Of a stretch of DNA of 64,000 bases, positions 1 to 7,451 are shown piece by piece. Source of the stretch: a plasmid; the sequence record NZ_CP102531.1. The stretch is one strand, 5' to 3'. The notes under the pieces are model-generated. The model was not told the origin of the DNA, ran no database searches, and saw nothing but the letters and a program-made list of their open reading frames with translations. A program made the position numbers and the translations under genes. The stretch's first letter is position 1; every line of letters begins with the position of its first letter.

Positions 1-1056
1 ATGAACCCAATAAATTCGAGTTTTAAATTTTACCAAGCGACAAAAGTTTACGGGACTCTTTTCTTTCAGTTTCCAAAAGTTCTTTTGTACAGTCCTACAT
101 ACAAAAACCTTTCTGCAGAAGCAAAGTTGGCGTACGTCATTTTGAAAGATCGACTGGAATATTCGCTTCACAATGACTGGGTGGACGAAAACGGAAATAT
201 TTACTTCATTTTTTCAAATACTGAGCTTCAACAGATTTTGAACTGCTCCGAACCCAAGGTAATCAAAACCAAAAAAGAGTTAGAACAAGCAAACCTCCTC
301 TTCCAGAAAAAAATGGGCTTTGATCCGAAAATGAAACGGAATAATCCCAATCGCTTATATTTGGGCGATCTCAATGTATCTGCAACCGACGTGTACAAAC
401 GCGAGAATGAAGCAAGTCAAAGTACTATATCCCCTGCTACAAGCGGAACTAAAAATTCTTTAGCCCGACATAAAATGCCTCAATCCCTTGCTACAAGCGG
501 AACTAAAAATTCTTTAGCCCGCGATAAAGTCCCTCAATCCCTTGCTACAAGCGGAACTGAAAATTCTTTAGTATATCAATATAAAGACTTAGAGACACAA
601 GCTAGAGACAATAAAGAGACAGAAAAGTTCGACTTTTCTACCGATCAATATTCCCCGGAAATTATTCGTAAACAAAATCAAGACCTAGTGAGAAGGGCCA
701 AAGATTATTTACCTGAATCAGCAAATGGCGGCCTCTTTCTCAACAAAGAAGGTGTTGAACTACTAGGGCTTTGGTGTCGCTCGCCTAAACAAATGCGTCG
801 CTTTCTAGGCATTATTCTAAATGCCAAAAAGGCTGTAGAAAGGGAACATGAAGGAACGGCAATTGTCCTAGATGATCCGCGGTGCCAAGAAATGATCAAC
901 AAGACTATGCGCCGGTTTTTTAACGTTTTACGTTCTGACAGTAAAAAAATTAACAATGTCGAAAATTACTTGTTTGGTGCTATGAAAGAGACCTTGGTGG
1001 CATACTGGAACAAATCACTCATGACAGCTAATGGAGGCGACCCTGATGAATTCTAA
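1..1056 (+). CDS. repA: Plasmid replication initiator protein, RepA_N family (theta replicon typical of Firmicutes plasmids)
   Basis: ATG at position 1, 351 aa. The N-terminal region (QATKVYGTLFFQFPKVLLYSPTYKNLSAEAKLAYVILKDRL...) matches the RepA_N domain as I recall it. The central part carries 18-aa protein repeats encoded by 54-bp DNA repeats. A downstream coupled rep-associated gene follows. Confidence 0.8.
   Translation: MNPINSSFKFYQATKVYGTLFFQFPKVLLYSPTYKNLSAEAKLAYVILKDRLEYSLHNDWVDENGNIYFIFSNTELQQILNCSEPKVIKTKKELEQANLLFQKKMGFDPKMKRNNPNRLYLGDLNVSATDVYKRENEASQSTISPATSGTKNSLARHKMPQSLATSGTKNSLARDKVPQSLATSGTENSLVYQYKDLETQARDNKETEKFDFSTDQYSPEIIRKQNQDLVRRAKDYLPESANGGLFLNKEGVELLGLWCRSPKQMRRFLGIILNAKKAVEREHEGTAIVLDDPRCQEMINKTMRRFFNVLRSDSKKINNVENYLFGAMKETLVAYWNKSLMTANGGDPDEF
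436..573. repeat. About 2.6 tandem copies of a 54-bp direct repeat inside repA: candidate iterons / replication origin embedded in the rep gene
   Basis: gctacaagcggaactaaaaattctttagcccg(a/c)(c/g)ataaa(a/g)t(g/c)cctcaatccctt occurs at 436-489 and 490-543, with a partial third copy to about 573. The coding frame is maintained, giving ATSGTKNSLAR(H/D)K(M/V)PQSL repeats. RepA_N plasmids typically carry oriV iterons within repA. Confidence 0.6.
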
Positions 1057-1783
1057 AGAGTTTAATCAACGGAAACGTGAAGCCTTTCCGGAAGAGGTAG
1101 CGCTCAAAAACCTCAAAGAGCTAACTGAGGCAGAACGTGCCGGTCTGCATTTACTCATGATTCAAACGAGTGATCCTGATGAACGAGAGGATATTCTGGC
1201 AGAGGCACAAAAAACTGCTAATCAACGAGCGGAAGAAGCTAGAAAGCACAGCTATGCCGCCGTCAAAGAACGCTTGATCCAGGAACAAACAGAGACTGAT
1301 ACGGAGTTAAAAGCCTTTACGCAGCATCGTAATCGTCACGTCAAGGTACTTGGAAAAGTTACTATGATGGCAGGTTACTTCATGACGCCAAAGCGCATTC
1401 GACCGACTAAATACTACTGGCTAGTCCCTGATGATTTGGTCATTCCGGATCGGCCATTAGGGCGAGTTGCGCATGTTCGTGGCAAAGATGGCCAGCTACA
1501 TGATGTGATGGTGCTTTATGTTACCAAACAAAAGCAGCGGCAATTACAAGATGGCCGGGTTGTACCAGATCAATTTATGATTGAGTTCACAAGCCAATAT
1601 GCCTCGTCTGTTCAAGTCAAACAAGGACAAAGAACTGAGCGACAACGACAGAAAGATTACCGGGGGCCATTTGATTCTGCACAGCAAAAACATAACCGAG
1701 TTCGTAAAGTGATTCGCCGCCATCATAGGGTTCGTGAAGAGTTAGCCAACCTAGAGAAGAGCAAAAAGAAAGACAAGAATTAG
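1046..1783 (+). CDS. Replication-associated protein (RepB-like, unknown mechanism), translationally coupled to repA
   Basis: The ORF track gives 1031..1783. An internal ATG at 1046 is preceded by GGAGG (1033-1037) and overlaps the repA stop (1054-1056). The protein is charged and Arg/Lys-rich. Its position matches the second rep gene of lactobacillus theta plasmids. Confidence 0.5.
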   Translation: MNSKEFNQRKREAFPEEVALKNLKELTEAERAGLHLLMIQTSDPDEREDILAEAQKTANQRAEEARKHSYAAVKERLIQEQTETDTELKAFTQHRNRHVKVLGKVTMMAGYFMTPKRIRPTKYYWLVPDDLVIPDRPLGRVAHVRGKDGQLHDVMVLYVTKQKQRQLQDGRVVPDQFMIEFTSQYASSVQVKQGQRTERQRQKDYRGPFDSAQQKHNRVRKVIRRHHRVREELANLEKSKKKDKN

Positions 1784-2193
1784 AAAAATTCTTGTCTAAA
1801 AAGGAACCAGGTCCTATAATAAATATAGGCGAACATTCGTTTGTCTACCTGCTCAATTCAACACATGTTTGCCTTACTTAATTTGTTCCTCTACACACTA
1901 ATGCTTGCATTCAAAAAATTCAAGTGTTATCTTGAATTCAGAATCAACAGTAGCAAGGGGAATACAAAAAAATAAGACAGCATCACAGCACTGACCTAGA
2001 CTACCAATCCAGGATAAGCGCACTGTGACTGTTACTAGAACTAGTCACCGCTAGCCTAGCAACTGCCGTCTTCACCGCGTTAAGCGCGGCAAGTTTATTT
2101 TAACAGACCTTGTGACCGCTGTGGAACTTCTCTTAGAGAAGTCTTAGAGCGAAAGTAGGAGACGTCAAAATAGCAGCCAAACAAGACGAAGTG

Positions 2194-2233
2194 AGGGGCG
2201 CGTTGCCAGCAGGCAGCGCGCCCCTTATTTTTG
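2194..2233 (+). terminator. Rho-independent terminator downstream of the rep operon
   Basis: GC-rich hairpin gaggggcgcg...cgcgcccct (ttgccagcaggcag between the arms) followed by TATTTTT. Confidence 0.7.
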
Positions 2234-2276
2234 TGTTTCTCTTGGTGCTGCTGATCCTAAGAAAGGAGTTGTTACA

Positions 2277-2504
2277 ATGGCTATTCTAGCACGTTCAGGA
2301 GTTGTAAGACAGGCATTTTGCGTTCGGACTTTTGATCGACGGGTGCTCATCAATCACGCGAATGGTTCCTTTTACGATCGGGATCATGCTTCGGTTGAGG
2401 CAATTGAACAGCTTTACCCCAAGATTCGCAGTGTTTACAACAGCGACCATACGATGATTGCCAAGCGCAAACATCCACAGGCGGCTTTATACAAGCTGTC
2501 ATAA
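2277..2504 (+). CDS. Hypothetical small protein (75 aa)
   Basis: ORF with a strong RBS (aaaggag, 7 nt upstream of the ATG). No recognisable motif. Confidence 0.45.
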   Translation: MAILARSGVVRQAFCVRTFDRRVLINHANGSFYDRDHASVEAIEQLYPKIRSVYNSDHTMIAKRKHPQAALYKLS

Positions 2505-3030
2505 TCACGCCAGTTCAACTCACAATATGATGCGTGCGTGTGAACGCACAACTAACTTTAGCTCTTTGAAATCTGAATAGCCTTAAACTCCCTCCGGCCT
2601 TTTTCGACGGTGTTCCTCACAGCCGGTATGTGAAGGGGAGATGGTTGCCCGCGAAATCAAGCGGGTGAGGAACGCCTCGGTATTCCGTGCCGCCACCAAT
2701 AGTCCGTGTCAACATCAAAACGGGCGAGACATAATGTGTTTGACCGTTCTTTGCTGCGGCTTAGAACCAGACCGTGAATCACTCGACGGTGAGTGTCAGC
2801 AAGTTTTTGCTTGGGTGGTAGTGAATGGCTGGAAAGGTCGTCAGCATATGCCTAGAGCTGTCAATCGAGCGTCATAGACGCTGAGGTTTAGCGAGTTTCA
2901 TGCCTAGAAAACTCGAGAATTTCACGCAATAAAAACGTTTATTAGCTTTTTAAGAAACCATGAGGTCAGACCTCACCTATGCTTCATGCGTAGGCATCAT
3001 ATTGTTAGTTGAACCAAAAGGAGTAGTGCC

Positions 3031-3267
3031 ATGCAACAGCGAAAAAAGCTACAGCAACATGAAGTTGTGACTGAGTTTGTCAACATGACTAAACTTGGCA
3101 AGATCACGACGGTTGAAGACTATTTTAAATATCGCCGCGCTCATATGCATGACTTGAGTCTGCAAGAACGCCACTTGTTAATGGCCTGGCTCAATCGCAG
3201 TAAGACCGTCAGGTTAAAGGGGAAACGTCACCAAAACGCTGTTCATTCAGAAATTGAAATGAGGTAA
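3031..3267 (+). CDS. Hypothetical small protein (78 aa), first gene of a 4-gene overlapping module
   Basis: RBS aaaggag upstream. It is followed by three ORFs whose starts overlap or abut the preceding stops. Confidence 0.45.
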   Translation: MQQRKKLQQHEVVTEFVNMTKLGKITTVEDYFKYRRAHMHDLSLQERHLLMAWLNRSKTVRLKGKRHQNAVHSEIEMR

Positions 3268-3274
3268 TCTAGAG

Positions 3275-3493
3275 ATGAAAGCAATCGACCAGTTACTTGT
3301 GTTTATGCAACAACATCGGCTGACGAGTATTTATTACGCAACTTATGATCGGGCGCGACGGTTATATGACCACGATCTGGTACGACAACGTGAATGGATT
3401 GAGATCTTAGCAGAAAGCAAGACCGATCAACGAATCGTCGTACGACATGGGGTATTAGGATCAAGTGTGAAGGCGGTGAGTTTGGGTGCTTAA
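3275..3493 (+). CDS. Hypothetical small protein (72 aa)
   Basis: Same-strand ORF 8 bp after the previous stop. It overlaps the next ORF by 8 nt. Confidence 0.45.
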   Translation: MKAIDQLLVFMQQHRLTSIYYATYDRARRLYDHDLVRQREWIEILAESKTDQRIVVRHGVLGSSVKAVSLGA

Positions 3494-3716
3494 ACAGACA
3501 AAAGTGCCTTTTGTTAATGGTGTGGGGAAGACTCTACCACATTTGGAAAAGGGCGTGCGTTATACTTTTGTTGATCATGGGTATTACATGACGGCTTTAA
3601 GACCAGGAGAAACTGAGGAGCTTAAACCGGAATTACCAGAGCAGGAATGGGCGTATCACCAACAACATCCAGTTAAGGAATGGCGAATAGGAGGCAATCA
3701 TCATGCGATTCTATGA
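3486..3716 (+). CDS. Hypothetical small protein (76 aa)
   Basis: Overlapping start, same strand. Consistent with an operon. Confidence 0.45.
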   Translation: MLKQTKVPFVNGVGKTLPHLEKGVRYTFVDHGYYMTALRPGETEELKPELPEQEWAYHQQHPVKEWRIGGNHHAIL

Positions 3717-3978
3717 GTTTAGAACTGAAGATCATGATTATTATGCATTGATTTCAGCTAATAGCCCAGAAGAAGCCATTGTAATTTACAAAGGGGAAAT
3801 TGACAACGCTTTTGATGAATTAAATCCTCATGAAGTTTCTCTGACGCGTGCAGCCGATATAACGCTTGAAGCGCATGACTTAGCAGACTTTCGTGATGCT
3901 TTAATTGAAAAAGAAAAGCAAACCTTACAACAGGAAGTAGCGCCAAGAGTCCTTGTCATTGATAGCAATTTGCTATAA
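3703..3978 (+). CDS. Hypothetical small acidic protein (91 aa)
   Basis: Overlaps the previous ORF by 14 nt. RBS aggagg precedes the ATG at 3703. Confidence 0.45.
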   Translation: MRFYEFRTEDHDYYALISANSPEEAIVIYKGEIDNAFDELNPHEVSLTRAADITLEAHDLADFRDALIEKEKQTLQQEVAPRVLVIDSNLL

Positions 3979-4015
3979 CCACGCATAAGAAGAGGCCAAA
4001 TAGGAGGCTGAAACA

Positions 4016-4114
4016 AATGAAAATGATGGTAAAAACGGGTGGGATCATTTTAGTGTCAGGGTTACTTTTAGCCGGATGTGGGTGTCAAACGTTTACCATC
4101 TCCAAAGAGCCCTG
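4016..4114 (+). CDS. Tiny predicted lipoprotein (32 aa, lipobox LLAGC)
   Basis: AGGAGG lies 9 nt upstream of the ATG at 4016. The peptide MKMMVKTGGIILVSGLLLAGCGCQTFTISKEP has a signal peptide plus lipobox. A 7-bp-stem hairpin with a T-run follows (4119-4151). Below the 60-aa ORF-track cutoff. Confidence 0.35.
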
Positions 4115-4196
4115 ACTGCTACCTAACTCGGTCGGGGTTTTTATGTTGCTGTAAAGGCACAAACGGCTTTAATATGATTAAAAGGAGGCGTGTACC

Positions 4197-4445
4197 ATGC
4201 TTGTAGCAGTTTGGAATTTACTAACGATCGTTTTGATATTGGTCATCATTTGGTTAACTCGCAAGAAAAAAATCACCACGCAAGAGGGACGGTACAATCG
4301 AGATTTTATGATCATTGTTGCGGTGATCCAAATCATTCTGATCATTGCGGGAATGCTGGTTACCAGACACTCGCTTTCGCTGCAAGCAGCCTCATTCACT
4401 TGTAGCATCGTACTACTGATAAGGGATCTGGTGCAAACAGTCTAA
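4197..4445 (+). pseudogene. Small two-TM membrane protein gene whose 3' end runs into the IS6 terminal repeat (C-terminus replaced by IS-derived codons)
   Basis: The ORF continues across the IS boundary at 4424. Its last about 7 codons are IS sequence (..RDLVQTV*). Confidence 0.4.
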
Positions 4446-5241
4446 GAGATGGACATCTACCCAGCTATTGATACTATGTTAAAGGTTAAGCAGCTAACAA
4501 TGCTTCTAATTCGTCCACGACTGAGAACCCGATGAGACTTAACTCTCGTCGGGTTCTTTTGCGTATTGCGTGAACAATTTCCACACCGCTCAACGTTGCA
4601 CTAGCGGTTCGAATGCTTTGAAAGCTTGCTGAGCGGACACGATGACGTTTAATGAATCGGTGGTCCTGTTCAATCAAATTATTTCGATATTTGGAACATT
4701 GGTGGGCTGATTTGCTCAAATAGTCTTGCTTTATCAGGTGCTTCACTGCTTTCAGTGTTGCCCGATATTGATCAGTGACTAATCGATCAGGCCGACCATT
4801 GGTCGTCAAGAGACGCTTCAAAAAGTGATAGGATGCGGTATAATCGCGGTGTTTTCGTAGCTCAAAATCCATGGTCAAACCGTTACTGTCAATAGCGCGA
4901 TACAAATAGGCCCAACGGCCTTTAACTCGAATATAGGTCTCATCGATTCGCCAACTTTTAGCGTGAGCTGTTTGATGCCGACGCCATAGAGCCTTAAAGA
5001 TGGGGCCATAGTGATGAACCCAACGCATGACCGTGGTGTGATGAACAGTGATACCCCGATCCCGAAGCAATTCAACGATGTCACGATAGCTGAGACTGAA
5101 TCTGAAATAGTAGCCAACGGCTACTAAGATGATGTCCTTTTGAAAGTGGCGTCCCTTAAAGTGATTCATGCGCGCAATCCCTCGTTTCTTGGCACCCAGT
5201 ATACTAAAATCAAGTCAGCGAGGAAAATTTGCACCAGAACC
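4424..5241 (-). mobile_element. IS6-family insertion sequence (IS26/IS257/ISS1/IS1216 group), copy 1 of 3
   Basis: 818-bp unit. Terminal inverted repeats are GGTTCTGGTGCAAATTTTCC (at 5241, reverse-complement) and GGATCTGGTGCAAACAG (at 4424), similar to the ISS1/IS26 GGTTCTGTTGCAAA ends. It encodes a 227-aa DDE transposase. No matching 8-bp flanking duplication. Confidence 0.85.
4486..5169 (-). CDS. IS6-family transposase (227 aa)
   Basis: MNHFKGRHFQKDIILVAVGYYFRF...NLIEQDHRFIKRHR is a typical IS6-family (IS26/IS257-like) transposase sequence. Identical proteins occur at 25083..25766 and 29787..30470. Confidence 0.9.
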   Translation of the reverse strand: MNHFKGRHFQKDIILVAVGYYFRFSLSYRDIVELLRDRGITVHHTTVMRWVHHYGPIFKALWRRHQTAHAKSWRIDETYIRVKGRWAYLYRAIDSNGLTMDFELRKHRDYTASYHFLKRLLTTNGRPDRLVTDQYRATLKAVKHLIKQDYLSKSAHQCSKYRNNLIEQDHRFIKRHRVRSASFQSIRTASATLSGVEIVHAIRKRTRRELSLIGFSVVDELEALLAA

Positions 5242-5388
5242 CTTGAAACCAGTCTCAAGGCACAAAAAAGCCGCCCACTGGCGGTACAGCAGACGGCGTA
5301 GCACTTAGCCACTCACATGTTAAGTGTACCGTATCTTGATGAGAATGCAACCAGTTAAACGAGCACTGTGGATAAGCTCTATCAGTGT

Positions 5389-5417
5389 TGATGGACAGGG
5401 CTTTCCCGTGCTATAAT
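5389..5417 (+). promoter_or_regulatory. Candidate sigma-A promoter (TTGATG - 18 nt - TATAAT)
   Basis: ttgatg at 5389-5394 and tataat at 5412-5417. It drives a short structured non-coding transcript. Confidence 0.4.
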
Positions 5418-5423
5418 ATAGAC

Positions 5424-5545
5424 ACAAACAGGGAGCACCCCCGAAAGAGTGCTCCCCTAGCAGAGCCGTTAAAGACGGCTGGCATTTCAACTTACAATCA
5501 AAAGACCGTCAGCCTTCAGCCACGAAGTTTAATGACGGTCTTTTT
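5424..5545 (+). ncRNA. Candidate small RNA (about 120 nt) between IS6 copy 1 and the 3' end of the mob operon
   Basis: The promoter is followed by a perfect 8-bp stem-loop, gggagcac/gtgctccc (5431-5456). A terminator-like hairpin aagaccgtca...tgacggtctt plus a T-run lies at 5502-5545. There is no convincing ORF; the 69-aa track ORF has no RBS. Confidence 0.3.
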
Positions 5546-5816
5546 GATTGTCTTGCATTGCTTTTACAAGGGTCACAAAGGTGTTCACAAGTGACAGTAC
5601 GAAACTGCCAAATGCTAACATCAACGTGATTGCCTCAGCAACGGACAAACAGGCACCTCCTTTCACTTAGATTTTGGACGTCTTTCATAGGCGACCACCT
5701 CTTTGTGATTGGATTTGCCAACCGTCATTAACTTTTCTGCTAATAATATTATAGCATATAAACGGCTATATCCATAGAGCCACAAGGGATATGGCCGTTT
5801 TGGTGTCCGCGGGTCT

Positions 5817-6006
5817 GCGAGCTTTTTGGCTTAACGTTAGTCGGCCAAGGCCGAGGAGCGTGGGCGTCTGCCCCGCCCACGCGCTCCAGGCAACGTACTA
5901 CGTCGTCTCATATAGCCAATCAAGTTTCTGTTAGGTAACGGACGAGGGAAACCACCTCGTCTTGTTACGTCGAGACAAGGGACGCCAAAAAGCTCGCAGA
6001 CCCGGT
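5817..6006. repeat. Nested inverted-repeat structure: a 21-bp perfect IR (cgggtctgcgagctttttggc) separated by about 145 bp that itself contains GC-rich palindromes
   Basis: Left arm 5820-5840, right arm 5984-6004 as its reverse complement. Internal palindromes are gagcgtgggcg..cgcccacgcgctc (5860-5895) and gacgagg..cctcgtc (5940-5960). The structure sits immediately 3' of the primase gene, whose stop is at 6016. Confidence 0.5.
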
Positions 6007-6015
6007 AATAGAAAA

Positions 6016-7407
6016 CTATCGCTCCAGCGCTTGATCATGATGCTTGGGTGCAATTCTAAGATTGGCCGTCACTGCCCGTTCTTTTGCTGCTGCTATTTTT
6101 TTATCCAAGGTCAAACCTTTGCTCTTTGAACGCTCATGGATTTGTAGTCGGTCATTCCAATCCTTTGGAACGTCCTGAACCACCTGAAAATCTCCGTTTT
6201 GGTATTGCCGCGCAACTCCTTTGATTCGGCCGACTAGGTTGTTACGATCCGTTGATGTTAAATCAGGGGCATGTTGCTTAAAGTAGGCTTGCCAATCGAT
6301 ACCGTTCGATTGTAGATACGGCTTGAGCTGTGTGGCAATTTCAGGTAAGTCTGCAAAAGAGCCTTTGGTAAGGGTATCCTGATAATGATAGCCGTTTGCT
6401 ATACCGTGACCGGGCTGTAAATTGACGGCGACTTTCAGATACGCCATCAAAGCGACGGTAGGAATGGCTGCCTGCTTTGCAGCACTGACAACTGGTGCTA
6501 GACACTCGTGTGGAATTGCTTGGTCAGCTGGGATTAGACTCGTATACGGCACACTCGCTAAAGCATGTTCAGCCCTCATCTGGTCATAAAAGACATGACC
6601 ACTCGGGTCATTGTCGACCCCAAAAGCAATCTCTGATGGCGCATGACCAGTTTTCTCGCAGAAATAAATCAGCCCTTGTTTGACCGTATTTGACTTCAAG
6701 CCGTCCATCGACATTAACGTGACGTGATTCAAGCCACGATGCAGTGACCAATAACTCAGGGCATCAATCGGCGCCTCAAACATTAAAAGTCGTTCAGGCT
6801 TGCCTAGTGACAAATTGAAGCCAAAGTTTTCTTGTGAGTTTTTGGCAATTTGCTTGAAGGTACCCCGTTTACCCAAATGCTCATGGTCAATTCTCGTGCC
6901 TTGTACCGTTGCCCCTACGATTTTGTCATTCCTTGACCAGACAAAGATGGCATTGCTATGCTCGTCTTGTTGGATAAAACCTTTGCGATGCAGTAAGTCC
7001 ACAATCTGTGGATCAAGTTTCCGAACCGTCGTTAGATACTTAGTTGCCTGCTCAAAGTTAGGACTATTTTTAAAGTTGTATTGAAACGGCTCACGAACCT
7101 TATGCGTGATAGTTTCAGCTCGCTCTAAAGCTGCATGATTCAGATACGCAACTGCCTCGCGAAAACTGCTGATGCCTAAATAATGCTGCACAAAATCTAA
7201 TGCACCGCCACCAACATCACGACTATTCCAACGGAAGAGATTCTTCTTGTCATTAATGACTAATGAGTCATGTTCGACCCCACGCCAATAGCCATTGGAC
7301 TGTTGCACTAGGGCAATGCCATTCGCTTCGGCAATCGCCACAATGGCAACGTGATTCGCGTGGTCAATCGTTGCTTTACTGAGTCGTTTCTGTTTGTTTG
7401 TGACCAT
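6016..7407 (-). CDS. Conjugative plasmid primase-like protein (DUF3991 + Toprim architecture, TraC/LtrC-like)
   Basis: 463 aa. It lies downstream of, and is co-directional with, the relaxase, the usual place for DUF3991-Toprim proteins in Firmicutes mobilisation modules. The family assignment is from memory of the domain pattern. Confidence 0.55.
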   Translation of the reverse strand: MVTNKQKRLSKATIDHANHVAIVAIAEANGIALVQQSNGYWRGVEHDSLVINDKKNLFRWNSRDVGGGALDFVQHYLGISSFREAVAYLNHAALERAETITHKVREPFQYNFKNSPNFEQATKYLTTVRKLDPQIVDLLHRKGFIQQDEHSNAIFVWSRNDKIVGATVQGTRIDHEHLGKRGTFKQIAKNSQENFGFNLSLGKPERLLMFEAPIDALSYWSLHRGLNHVTLMSMDGLKSNTVKQGLIYFCEKTGHAPSEIAFGVDNDPSGHVFYDQMRAEHALASVPYTSLIPADQAIPHECLAPVVSAAKQAAIPTVALMAYLKVAVNLQPGHGIANGYHYQDTLTKGSFADLPEIATQLKPYLQSNGIDWQAYFKQHAPDLTSTDRNNLVGRIKGVARQYQNGDFQVVQDVPKDWNDRLQIHERSKSKGLTLDKKIAAAKERAVTANLRIAPKHHDQALER

Positions 7408-7451
7408 CTCGGTTAACTCCTTTCTGCATCAAAAAAGGACGCCTAGGCGTC

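Noticed and set aside
2641-2877. 78-aa ORF in the GC-rich structured region
   Set aside because: No RBS, Cys/Arg-rich composition typical of random GC-rich frames. It overlaps multiple hairpins.
4875-5117. 80-aa ORF (also 25135..25377, 30176..30418)
   Set aside because: Antisense frame inside the IS6 transposase gene, repeated in all three copies.
5385-5594. 69-aa ORF
   Set aside because: No RBS. It spans a promoter-hairpin-terminator arrangement better explained as a small non-coding transcript.
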